DNA of 64,000 nucleotides from a virus. Lineage: Duplodnaviria > Heunggongvirae > Uroviricota > Caudoviricetes. The notes beneath the pieces are model-generated. The model had not been told where the DNA came from and did no database searches. It saw only the letters and a program-made list of their open reading frames with translations. The DNA is taken from IMG/VR virus record IMGVR_UViG_3300032322_001781. One strand, given 5' to 3'. Shown here piece after piece: positions 28,272 through 38,000 of this stretch (its first letter is position 1; the number at the start of each line of letters is the position of its first letter). A program made the translations under genes and the position numbers.

Positions 28272-28809
28272 TATCAATAACCACATAAAAATCCGATTTG
28301 TAATGATTTATTAATTTATCTATTGTATATGTTTTTTTACCTATAGTAATTGTATTTTTTACAAAACTAATATTTTTAATATAAACATCAAAACCAATAT
28401 ATTTGTATTCACCCAATAATATTTTATTATGACTTTTTGATGTGCTAAATAAATAAATTGAGTACAATTTAATAAACGTTAACACTTCTGATTCTTTTTT
28501 TGGTTCTATATATTCTATTTTAAAGAATTTTTGCAAAAAATTGTTAAAGTTTTGTTGTTTGTCTTTTGTCACTGGAAGTGAACAACCTTTTAACGATATT
28601 TCGCTAGCTTTGTGTGAATGTGAAACACTATCAGTTAAAATATTTACTGAATTTTGATTTTTTGCTATTTTTTCTAAATGTTCAGAATATATCAGGGATT
28701 CACAACCATTATTAATTCTATAAATGTTTATAAAGTTTAACATTTCAAAGTCTTGACTATAAGAAGTCATGGTATATAAAAGTGAAAAGATAAAAAATAC
28801 TTTTTTCAT
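28261..28809 (-). CDS. Secreted CAP/SCP-domain protein
   Basis: Signal peptide MKKVFFIFSLLYTMTSYS|Q; LNFINIYRINNG..L, SHSH, SKSHNKILL...YIGF. Confidence 0.7.
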   Translation of the reverse strand: MKKVFFIFSLLYTMTSYSQDFEMLNFINIYRINNGCESLIYSEHLEKIAKNQNSVNILTDSVSHSHKASEISLKGCSLPVTKDKQQNFNNFLQKFFKIEYIEPKKESEVLTFIKLYSIYLFSTSKSHNKILLGEYKYIGFDVYIKNISFVKNTITIGKKTYTIDKLINHYKSDFYVVIDIKK

Positions 28810-28827
28810 TGTAATTTATTTATAATA

Positions 28828-28858
28828 CAAAGGTAGTTATTTTTTTCTAAATAACAAA
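28828..28858 (-). promoter_or_regulatory. Bacteroidota-type sigma70 promoter of the CAP gene
   Basis: Minus strand TTTG-N19-TACCTTTG, full consensus. Confidence 0.7.
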
Positions 28859-28946
28859 ATATTTATAAATAAATAAAACGATTATCAAAAAAAATAATTT
28901 TTGATATATTTATATATAAATAAAAAAAAATTAAAACAAATAGAAC

Positions 28947-29435
28947 ATGGCTGATTTACTAATGAAAATGCCTTTGCCTTACGAACCTAAGAAAAAGAAT
29001 CGTTGGCTACTTACTTTCCCTGCTGACCTTGGTATTCAACAATGGTGGTTGGCTTCAGCATCAAGACCTTCAATTACACAAAATGAAGTAGAAATTCCTT
29101 TTCTTAATACATCTACATGGGTTCTTGGACGTTTTACATGGGAAGCTATTGATGTTACTTTCCGTGACCCAATTGGTCCTTCTGCTTCACAAGCAATAAT
29201 GGAGTGGGTTCGTCTTCACTCTGAATCTATCACAGGTCGTCAAGGTTACGCTGCTGGTTACAAACGTCCAGTTGAATTAGAATTGCTTGACCCAACTGGT
29301 GTTGTGGTTGAGAAGTGGTTGTTGGACGGAACTATGTTAACCAACGTTGGCTTCGGTGACTTATCAATGGATGATGATGGTATTGCTGAGATTACCGCTA
29401 CGTTACGTTTCGATAGGGCTATATTGCTTTTTTGA
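28947..29435 (+). CDS. Tail tube protein (gp19-like)
   Basis: YEPKKKNRW, RPSITQNEVEIPFLN, WEAIDVTFRDPI, LLDPTGVVVEKW, LRFDRA; ATATTTATA at 28906-28914. Confidence 0.92.
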   Translation: MADLLMKMPLPYEPKKKNRWLLTFPADLGIQQWWLASASRPSITQNEVEIPFLNTSTWVLGRFTWEAIDVTFRDPIGPSASQAIMEWVRLHSESITGRQGYAAGYKRPVELELLDPTGVVVEKWLLDGTMLTNVGFGDLSMDDDGIAEITATLRFDRAILLF

Positions 29436-29481
29436 TTTTTATTTAAAATTGCTTTATCAAATTTATCACAAAATTTCTTTC

Positions 29482-29524
29482 AAAAAGGATTATTTGGTGC
29501 TTATGTACTTAATAATCCTTTTTT
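29482..29524. terminator. Long hairpin/terminator after the tube gene
   Basis: AAAAAGGATTATT...AATAATCCTTTTT 13-bp stem with inner GTGC-TTAT-GTAC. Confidence 0.7.
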
Positions 29525-29598
29525 ATTTACAGCATTTACAAAAAAATTCAACAAACTATATTTATTGTAAAGTTATAAATTTTTAAAAAAGTTTTAAT

Positions 29599-30891
29599 AT
29601 GGATAAAAAACCAAATGTTTTCCCGAACAAGGAACAGAAAGAAGCTGCTGACGAAAGAGCAAAACAAGCTGCTTTTGAGGCAGAAAAAGCAATGGCAACC
29701 AATGAAATATATACAAATTCTATGGTCCAAGAAGACACTCCATTAAATCATATCAATGCGGTTGAACTTATGAGAATGAGGACTGAGGAACAACTTAAAT
29801 TAAAAAACCAACAAGGTTTTGTTCAAGACCAATCATTGGCTGAAAAGCCACAAAGACCTGTTATGAATAATTCGGAAATGGATGAAATTAGAAGAAAATC
29901 AGAAGAACAAATGAGACTTCGTGACGAAAATCTAGCTAAAAACGCATCAATGATTCAAAACTATCAAAGACAAGTTGACGAAGCTTCGGTTAAAAAAAAT
30001 AATTTACAAAATACAAATCAAGTTATGCAAAATAATACAAATCAACAGTATTCACAACAGTATTCAAGTCCTGTTCAACAACAAATAACACAACCTCAAA
30101 ATTTTGGCCAAGTTCCATCAAATGTAAATCCATACATTTATGGGTTGAGTCAACCAGATTTTAACACAGCTTTTGACGTTATTCCTCTGCCTTCAAAGGG
30201 TAAAACATATCCTTCTAAAAAACCAAATATTAGAGTATCATATATGACAACTGCTGATGAAAGTATTTTAACAAGCCCTAACTTGTTGCAAAGTGGTGAG
30301 TTTTTGGAAATTTTAATTAACAGAAAGGTTTTGGAACCAGAATTAAGGTACCGTGATTTGTTGGTTGGTGATAGAAATGCTATTATGATTTGGTTGAGGG
30401 CCACGGCTTATGGGGAAAATTATGCTGTTACTTTATTGGATGAAAATGATAACCCTTTTGATACTGAAATTAATCTTAATTCTTTATCATTTAAAAATCT
30501 AGGGGCTGAGCCAGATGCTGAAGGGTTGTTTGATTTTGTGTTTCCAGTTAGTAAACATAGAATAAAATTTAGATTCTTAACATGTGGTGATATTGAAGAT
30601 ATTGAAAAGCAGTTAGAACAAGATAAATTGAATGAGATTCCAATTAATAAAAATTCAACCTATACAATGCAAAAAATGATTGTTGAGGTAAATGGAAGCA
30701 GAGATAAAAATATGATTAATGATTATGTTGAATCTATTAGGATTCGTGATTCAAAAGAATTTGTAAAATATGTTAACTCGATTGAGTCTGGTGTTGATTT
30801 GACCTTAAAGGTTGGAACCCCTGGAGGTGGTTCCGTTGATACCTTTCTTCCAATTAACCTCAACTTTTTTTGGCCTGACTTCAGAATTTAA
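29599..30891 (+). CDS. Tail assembly chaperone/baseplate hub assembly protein (T4 gp26-like), Q/N-rich N-terminus
   Basis: IPLPSKGKTY, MTTADESILTSPNL, LLVGDRNAIMIWLRATAYG, C-terminal FFWP; between tube and tape measure. Confidence 0.75.
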   Translation: MDKKPNVFPNKEQKEAADERAKQAAFEAEKAMATNEIYTNSMVQEDTPLNHINAVELMRMRTEEQLKLKNQQGFVQDQSLAEKPQRPVMNNSEMDEIRRKSEEQMRLRDENLAKNASMIQNYQRQVDEASVKKNNLQNTNQVMQNNTNQQYSQQYSSPVQQQITQPQNFGQVPSNVNPYIYGLSQPDFNTAFDVIPLPSKGKTYPSKKPNIRVSYMTTADESILTSPNLLQSGEFLEILINRKVLEPELRYRDLLVGDRNAIMIWLRATAYGENYAVTLLDENDNPFDTEINLNSLSFKNLGAEPDAEGLFDFVFPVSKHRIKFRFLTCGDIEDIEKQLEQDKLNEIPINKNSTYTMQKMIVEVNGSRDKNMINDYVESIRIRDSKEFVKYVNSIESGVDLTLKVGTPGGGSVDTFLPINLNFFWPDFRI

Positions 30892-31150
30892 ACAATACTT
30901 ATTGGAAGAGATATGGATTTGTACACAATATATGCAAAACATGCCATACTCTAATGTATTGAATATGCCAACACATGAAAGGAGATTTTATATTGGTCGT
31001 TTAAATAGAGATTCTGAAATTAAACAAGAGCAATATGAAAAAATGGAAGAAGAACAGAGTAATAAAAACGCAAAAGGGTCTAGGTCAACAAAATTAAGTG
31101 GTAACGCATTAAAAACAAAACTAAAAACTGGTGAAATACCACTAAAATAA
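30866..31150 (+). CDS. Frameshift extension of the tail assembly chaperone (G-T-like)
   Basis: +1 frame entered at T7 (30865-30871): FFGLTSEFKQYLLEEIW...YSNVLNMPTHERRFYI. Confidence 0.65.
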   Translation, partial: FFGLTSEFKQYLLEEIWICTQYMQNMPYSNVLNMPTHERRFYIGRLNRDSEIKQEQYEKMEEEQSNKNAKGSRSTKLSGNALKTKLKTGEIPLK

Positions 31151-31151
31151 T

Positions 31152-31177
31152 AAAATCCCCTTTATTTGGGGATTTTT
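31152..31177 (+). terminator. Intrinsic terminator
   Basis: AAAATCCCC-TTTATTT-GGGGATTTTT. Confidence 0.8.
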
Positions 31178-31216
31178 AATTTAATAGATATTTATTGAAA
31201 GGAACAAATTAATATC

Positions 31217-32296
31217 ATGAATAAAAATATATCAGAAGCTGTTAAGATTGACGATAACGTTAAAACAAAGCTTGGGGAAAGACTTATGGAATTATTTGGT
31301 TTGTTAGGTAAAAACAAATCAATTGAATTTACTCTTATGAGTGGTACAAAAATTGTTTTAAGATGTATTAAAGCAGCTGAACCAAATTTTGTTTTTGAAG
31401 TACTTTTAGATGATAAAAAGTTTTTATGTAAATGGGATAATCTTCAACTTATGTTAAAGATAGGAAATAAAAACGATAAAAACCCAATTGGAAAGTATAA
31501 TTTAAATCAAAATGTAATAAAACCTTCTAATAAAAAAGAAGATGCGTTTACTTTAGTTTTTGTTTCGACAAACGAAAAAGGTGAAAAAGGTAATTCTAAT
31601 TTTAATAATATTATAAATATAGCTCAGTCTAGCTTAAGTGAGGATAAAACTAAGTGTAATGAAACAGAACCAGAAGAACCAAAAAAACCAGAAGAACCAA
31701 AAAAACCAGAAAGTGATTCTCAAGATGAAGTAAATTCAATTGACCCTAAAGCTTTATATGATTCTATAGTTAATGACCCAGTAATGAAAACAGCTTTTTA
31801 TAAGCAACCTTCATTATGGAATTATTTGGTCGCAATTGTTAAGGGTGAAAAACCAAGAGGTAGTGGACTTGTTTCTGCTGCTGATATAGTGTCTGATTAT
31901 AGACGAAGTAAAATTGGTAGAGAAATTGGACCTGATTTTGATAATTTTGTGGACAATAAAGAATTAACTTATGAAATACTATCACCGCAAGAAATTGTTT
32001 TCGAACCAAGTACAGAAGGTGGTCAACAAATAATTTATAAAATTAACAATGAATATAAAGCAAAAGTTTTGCCAATAGGATTTGATGATGAAAAAAAAAC
32101 TTTAGAAGTAAAAAAAGATGGCGTTTCTATCATAATCAGGTCAAAAAACAAAAATGAAAGAACTGAATATCCTTTTAATGTTTTGTTTGTTAAAAAATAT
32201 GATACTGGTGAAGAAAAACAATTTGACGCTGTAATTGATATTAAAAATGTCAAAGGTAGTGGTTTTTATAAAAAAGAAGCAGAAAACAATAACTAA
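31217..32296 (+). CDS. Hypothetical (probably virion) protein
   Basis: 359 aa; ATATTTATT at 31188-31196; N-terminal ISE; PEEPKK linker repeat. Confidence 0.7.
   Translation: MNKNISEAVKIDDNVKTKLGERLMELFGLLGKNKSIEFTLMSGTKIVLRCIKAAEPNFVFEVLLDDKKFLCKWDNLQLMLKIGNKNDKNPIGKYNLNQNVIKPSNKKEDAFTLVFVSTNEKGEKGNSNFNNIINIAQSSLSEDKTKCNETEPEEPKKPEEPKKPESDSQDEVNSIDPKALYDSIVNDPVMKTAFYKQPSLWNYLVAIVKGEKPRGSGLVSAADIVSDYRRSKIGREIGPDFDNFVDNKELTYEILSPQEIVFEPSTEGGQQIIYKINNEYKAKVLPIGFDDEKKTLEVKKDGVSIIIRSKNKNERTEYPFNVLFVKKYDTGEEKQFDAVIDIKNVKGSGFYKKEAENNN
31670..31711 (+). repeat. 18-bp coding tandem repeat (PEEPKK)
   Basis: CCAGAAGAACCAAAAAAA x2 plus a partial copy. Confidence 0.9.
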
Positions 32297-34743
32297 TGAC
32301 ACCAGAAGAAAAAAAAGCGGCTGAAGAAGCAAAAAAAGCGGCTAAAGAAGCCGTACAACAATTAGAAAAAGAGGCTGAACTTAGGAAGAGGATTGCTGAA
32401 TCTTCTGGTGAGTATGTTAAGTTAATGAAAGACTTAAAAAATCTTAATAAAGATATAAATACAGTCACTCAACAGATAGAACAAGTAACCGCAAGGTTAG
32501 CAACAACTCTTACACCTGAACAAACGGCCATAGAAACTGAAAAACTTAATATACTACAAGAACAATTAGCTGTATTAAACGATACTCAAAAAACATATAC
32601 AAAGGTAATAAAAGAAACCAATAAGTATGCAAAGTCTTTAGCAGCTCTTGGAATGGCGGCAAAGGATGTTAAATCAATATATTCAACTATTTCTGGTGGT
32701 TATAGTAAGTTTAAATCATGGAGTGGGCTTTTTGAAGTAGATAAATCAATAAGGACCGCTTCTACTAGCATGGGTTTGCTTGGAACCAGAAGTGACATGT
32801 TTAGAAAAAACCTACAATTAGCGGCTGGTCAAACAACAATATTTGGTGCTGACATTAAAGAACTGGCTGAAATACAAGGTACTTTTAGTGATGAACTTGG
32901 TAGAGCTTCTCTTCTTAGTTCAGAAGCGTTAGTATCAATAGCTAAAATTGGAAGGGGGACAGGTATTGGTGCTGAAGGTGCTGCTAAAATGGCGGCTGAC
33001 TTTGAAAATCAAGGCATCTCAGCAGAAAGAACGGCAAAGTTTATTCAACAAGTTGTTGATGATACGTCTAGAATGGGTATTAACTCAAGCAAAGTTGTAA
33101 AGAACATTCAGCAAAACGTTAAGTTGCTTAATAAATACAATTTTAAAGATGGGGCTAAAGGTTTGGCTAAAATGGCTGAAAGGGCTGCTAAACTTGGAAT
33201 TGATATGAATATTACGTCTAGTATGGCTGAGAAGTTATTTGACCTTGAAGGCGCTGTAGATATGTCGGCACAGCTTCAAGTTTTGGGAGGTGAATGGTCT
33301 AAATTGGCTGACCCATTTAAACTTATGTATATGGCCAGAAATGATATGGATGGGTTAGAAGAATCGGTAATAAATGCAACAACAGCATCAGCAACTTTTA
33401 ATGAAAAAAATGGAGAATTTGAGATTGGGGCGATGGAAATGCAAAGACTTAGAAAAGTTGCTGAAGCAGCTAACTTGGATTTTGAAAAATTAGCTGATAC
33501 AGCAAAAAAAACAGCTAAAGCTGTTGGAAAAAGAAATCAAATCAGATATAATTTTGACCCTGAAACAAAAGAATTTATTGAAAACACATCAACATTAAAT
33601 GAAAAGGGTGAAGCTGTAATACAACTACAAAGTGGTTCTAAATTGGTTAAACAATTGAATCAAGCTGATAAATCAGCTATTGAGGCAGCTATTAAAGAAA
33701 AAGCAAGTTTAGAAAAAAGGGCACAAGAAGCACTAACTTTTGATGAAACCCTTTCAAATGTAGTTATTCAATTTAAACAACTTTTATTACCTTTCTTAGA
33801 AGCTTTTGATACGGCTTTTAGACCAGTTGCTGTCAAGCTTGCAGAAGTTTTATCTGATAAAAATGTATTAAAAGGAATTGCAGAAACGGCAAAAATAGCA
33901 GCAGATTTAATGGGTTTTGTTGGTAAATTTATTGCTGAAAACCCATTAAAATCAATAGCAATAGCTATTGGAGGTTTAGGATTGTTTGAAGTTGTTAAAT
34001 GGACTACCATGGGTTTTTCCTTTGGTTCTGGTTTCATGGCATCTGTAACGGGGTCGGGGTTTGCTTCGTTAATTGGAACTGGATTTGCTAAAGTAGCTGG
34101 ACCTATATTAGGTATATCAATTGGTACCATGCTTGGTAAAAGTTTAGGTAAAAATATATCTCAAAAATTAGGCAATAAAGATACTGAAACTGGTGATATA
34201 AGTAGTATAGTTGGCGGTGTTGGTTTAGGTGCTGCTGGATGGGCATTAGGTGCTGCTTTAGCACCCGCAACTGGAGGTCTTTCTTTATTAATACCAGCAG
34301 CTGCTGCTTTAGGTGGTGCAACTATTGGTAGTGGCGCTGGAAAAGTAATTGGTGATTATGCAGCTTCTGATGCTGTATTTACAGCACCCATAAGCGATGG
34401 TATGTCAGAAGGTGATTATTACACCAAAAAATTTGGAACTAATTATACTAAAAAGAGAGGAATTATTGATGGCGGTAAAATAACACCAATTGATAATAAA
34501 GATGATATTCTTGCAATGAAACCAGGTGGAATTGTTGATAAGGTAATGTCAAAAAATACTGGTGTAAATACTGTTAAACATGAATTTGGTACCTTGAATA
34601 TAAGTGGTGAAATAACATTAAATGTTCCTGGAAATGAGAAAATAAACATTAATTTGGCAAAAAGTCCTGAATTTGTTAGAGAAATAACCAGAATGGTACA
34701 TGTTGAAGCTGCTAAAATTAAAAATCAAATACAAAAAGGATAA
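32296..34743 (+). CDS. Tape measure protein
   Basis: Ala/Lys-rich helical body; C-terminal Gly/Ala hydrophobic segments; downstream of tube and chaperone. Confidence 0.8.
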   Translation: MTPEEKKAAEEAKKAAKEAVQQLEKEAELRKRIAESSGEYVKLMKDLKNLNKDINTVTQQIEQVTARLATTLTPEQTAIETEKLNILQEQLAVLNDTQKTYTKVIKETNKYAKSLAALGMAAKDVKSIYSTISGGYSKFKSWSGLFEVDKSIRTASTSMGLLGTRSDMFRKNLQLAAGQTTIFGADIKELAEIQGTFSDELGRASLLSSEALVSIAKIGRGTGIGAEGAAKMAADFENQGISAERTAKFIQQVVDDTSRMGINSSKVVKNIQQNVKLLNKYNFKDGAKGLAKMAERAAKLGIDMNITSSMAEKLFDLEGAVDMSAQLQVLGGEWSKLADPFKLMYMARNDMDGLEESVINATTASATFNEKNGEFEIGAMEMQRLRKVAEAANLDFEKLADTAKKTAKAVGKRNQIRYNFDPETKEFIENTSTLNEKGEAVIQLQSGSKLVKQLNQADKSAIEAAIKEKASLEKRAQEALTFDETLSNVVIQFKQLLLPFLEAFDTAFRPVAVKLAEVLSDKNVLKGIAETAKIAADLMGFVGKFIAENPLKSIAIAIGGLGLFEVVKWTTMGFSFGSGFMASVTGSGFASLIGTGFAKVAGPILGISIGTMLGKSLGKNISQKLGNKDTETGDISSIVGGVGLGAAGWALGAALAPATGGLSLLIPAAAALGGATIGSGAGKVIGDYAASDAVFTAPISDGMSEGDYYTKKFGTNYTKKRGIIDGGKITPIDNKDDILAMKPGGIVDKVMSKNTGVNTVKHEFGTLNISGEITLNVPGNEKININLAKSPEFVREITRMVHVEAAKIKNQIQKG

Positions 34744-34792
34744 TTAATTAGTTTGATTATCAACATTTTAGTAATTTTTTTCTAAAATAGAC

Positions 34793-34823
34793 TTGACTTT
34801 ATCAAAAAAAAACGGTTTATTTG
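34793..34823 (+). promoter_or_regulatory. Bacteroidota-type promoter (one mismatch) with no convincing downstream ORF
   Basis: CTTGACTTT (same as at 47431); TTG-N20-TTTATTTG. Confidence 0.45.
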
Positions 34824-34830
34824 CATTATA

Positions 34831-34879
34831 ATATAATAATATAATAATATAATAATATATAAAATATAATAATATAAAA
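34831..34879. repeat. Pure A/T tract with tandem ATATAATA 8-mers
   Basis: ATATAATA at 34831, 34839, 34847 and 34864. Confidence 0.85.
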
Positions 34880-34902
34880 TGTTTTATATTAAAAAATATA
34901 AT

Positions 34903-34926
34903 AAGGCACTAACTGTGCCTTTTTTT
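34903..34926 (+). terminator. Intrinsic terminator
   Basis: AAGGCAC-TAACT-GTGCCTT-TTTTT. Confidence 0.8.
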
Positions 34927-35001
34927 ATTTCATACATATCCTAATCATTTATTTTAATAAAAATTATGGTACAATAGTATTTATATACAAAATAAGATAC
35001 T

Positions 35002-38000
35002 ATGGCTTTTCCATTTTATAATACGTCAGCACCATCACCAAGTACCAAAAATAGTATAACCAATACTGCTACTGGTCTTGGGTATAGAGACTTTTTATTA
35101 AACAAAAATTTATTACCACAATATCCTTTCTTATCAACATCAATAAATGGTGGTCCTAGAATTGGTGAACCTGTTTTAGATACTAGTATAAATGGAAATG
35201 CCAACGTAGTTCCATTTGGTTTACCACTTGAAACAGAAGGTTTATTAAGATATTCAATAGCAATTTTACCAAATCAATATAAAGATGATGAACCAACATC
35301 ACCTTCATTATTTGATATAGAATATATTCAAAAGACTCAAGGTGTTTTTGGTAATGTTGATTTTCCTCAAGGAATACAATCATACCCAACAACAGCAAGC
35401 CAACAAGTAACTCAATATGGTTTATTTGGTAAAACCAATTATGCTGAGTTTAGGAAAGACTTAACTTTATTTAATTTATATGTTGATACAGCAAAACAAA
35501 TTGATATGGCTGATTTCATATCATTACAGCCAGCTGGATTCTCTCAACAGTTAGATAGTTATTTGGATGTATTTGGTGGTTTAAATGGTGGTGGTAATGC
35601 TGGTGTTCAAGCTGCAAATATCATAGGTAGTATATTGGACGGTAATGGTTTAGGGTTAGCCAAAGGTGGTGTTGTAACCAATTATGATGTTAGAGCCTCG
35701 TTAGTAGGTAGAGTTTTAGGTGCCACTGGTTTAATCAATGACACAAAATTGGGTTTGATTGGTGGTCAACAATTAGCATTGGCTTTGGCTAACAATGCTG
35801 CTTTTAACATTCAAGAAGATTTGCTTGGTGCGTTGAATGTTGAAGAAAATGTTTTAAGTTTGATTAAGACTGGTAACCTATCTGGATTTAGACCAAATTA
35901 TACAATCACCGTACCAGGTAGTCTAGGTGGACGTATAGCTGATTATACATCAAGAGTATTAGGGTTTCAAGTACCAATTAGTTATTTAAATGAAGCAGGT
36001 TCTATATTTCTATCAGAAAGCAATTCGGGTAATATTGAAAGAGCCAATTCAATGATTTTAAATACTGGTAAAGGTCAGATACAATCTTTGATAGCTAATG
36101 TAAACGCTAGTTTAATTGGTACAACAGAAAACGACAACCCTTCAACAACACCTTTTAGAAGTGGTTATGTTCCAGGATATTTAGATAATAGAGGCAGAAA
36201 AGCTATAAATCCAAATTTATATGCTTTTTATGATGCAGATAAAGGTACCATATATCCTTTTGCAATACCAGACCCAAATAGTATTATACCTGAAATAAGT
36301 TATAACAGAAGTGAAATGATTAGCGAGTATGATTTTCAATCACCAGAAGAAAATAAGGATGGGTTTATTGCTGGACAACCAAATACAACCTCAACATATG
36401 ATAATCGAAAAATAAGTGATATAAGTTTTTCTTGGGGAAGTTTTATTGGTGGAAATGTGAACTCAAATGCAGACTATGCAAATATAAACGGTAATAAAAA
36501 ATCTTTATTGGTTAAAACACAAAAATTATTTGATAGTAAGGGTATGAAAAATATCATTAGTGTTAAAGGTGATAAAGACAAACACTCAAGTCAAATAGAA
36601 ACAGCAAATAACGGAATGATTTCAAAAGGTAGTGCTGTTGTAAGTGGAGACTTATATAGTGAAGATGGTACTATAATAAATAAAGGTGCAACAGCCGAAA
36701 ACACATATTGTAGAAGTTGGACTACATTAGATAGGTATGACACTGTTTCCAAGATGGTTAGAAACTCTGGATTAACTGAAACATCTAAATTATTTGGTGA
36801 TTCTTATTTCAGATTCAAGACCGTAAATTCAACATTAGATAGCAATGGGTTTGTTAAGATAGCGCCTTATATTGATGATAAATATAGTGTTTACGATAGC
36901 AAAGGAAATCAGACTAGCATTTCAGACCCAAAAAATTATATGTTGTCAATTGAAAACTTAGCATGGTATAGTCAGGAAGCTAATTTACCACCAGTAGAAG
37001 TTGGTCCAGGCGATTTGATTACTGAAACAAAAGGTAGAATAATGTGGTTCCCACCTTATAATATTCAATTTAACGAATCCGCTTCTGTTAATTGGGAAGC
37101 AACAAATTTTATTGGTAGAGGTGAACCTGTTTATACTTATAATAACACAGAAAGAACTGCATCGTTATCTTTTAGTATAATTGTAGACCATTCTAGCTAT
37201 ATGAATTCATTTAGAGGTGCTCTAGGTCCAAGTGATAATTATGTTGCTTCTTTTGTTGCAGGTTGTGTTGAACCTAATAACAGATTTGCTGAAAGACTTA
37301 CCGTATCAGAAATTAGCTCAATTGTTGAAAGAGAAGTTCAAGAACCTCAACAACAAGTTTTAGACACACCAATACCAGACCCACTTAGATTTGATATATA
37401 CTATCCAAATGAAGCTTATGATGTAAATTATGCTATAACTAGTGGTTATGAAAATGGTTTAGATAATAATTTTAATAATGGTAATTCTATAATAGGTACA
37501 AATCGTAGAGACCCTCCTGGTCTTGGATATGGTCTTGATTTTACAATAGGTCAATTAACTGGTATACCATACAATGACCATACAAATTTTGGTTTTAATA
37601 GTGCTGAAATAGTAATAGATGGGGTTGAATATAGTGGTGTTTCTGACATTAATTTATATAATGGTTTATCTACATATATGAACGGAAAATGTAAGTATTG
37701 TAAAATAACTATAACTTCATATGCTAACGCACAAGGCACGAAAGAAAATAATCAAAAATTAATTGAAGAAAGAAATAAATCCGCTTCTAATTTTTTAAAA
37801 ACTTTTATAGATGGAATTGATAATAGAATTACAACAGAAGTTGGGATATTAGACCCAACAGAAGCAGAATTATGTACCGATATTAACGATGATGACATAG
37901 GTCCATGTAAAATATATAGAGTATCAAGGATTGTTATAGAGTATGATGTTAACTTGGCTATTCAAGATAAGGTAACCCCAACACCAGTTGTTAAAAAACA

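Noticed and set aside
30812-30864. Independent TTG start for ORF 30812..31150
   Set aside because: Lies inside the chaperone C-terminal coding region; frameshift entry at the T7 run explains the ORF better
34879-34944. 21-codon ORF MFYIKKYNKALTVPFFISYIS
   Set aside because: Runs through the terminator and is expected by chance in AT-rich DNA
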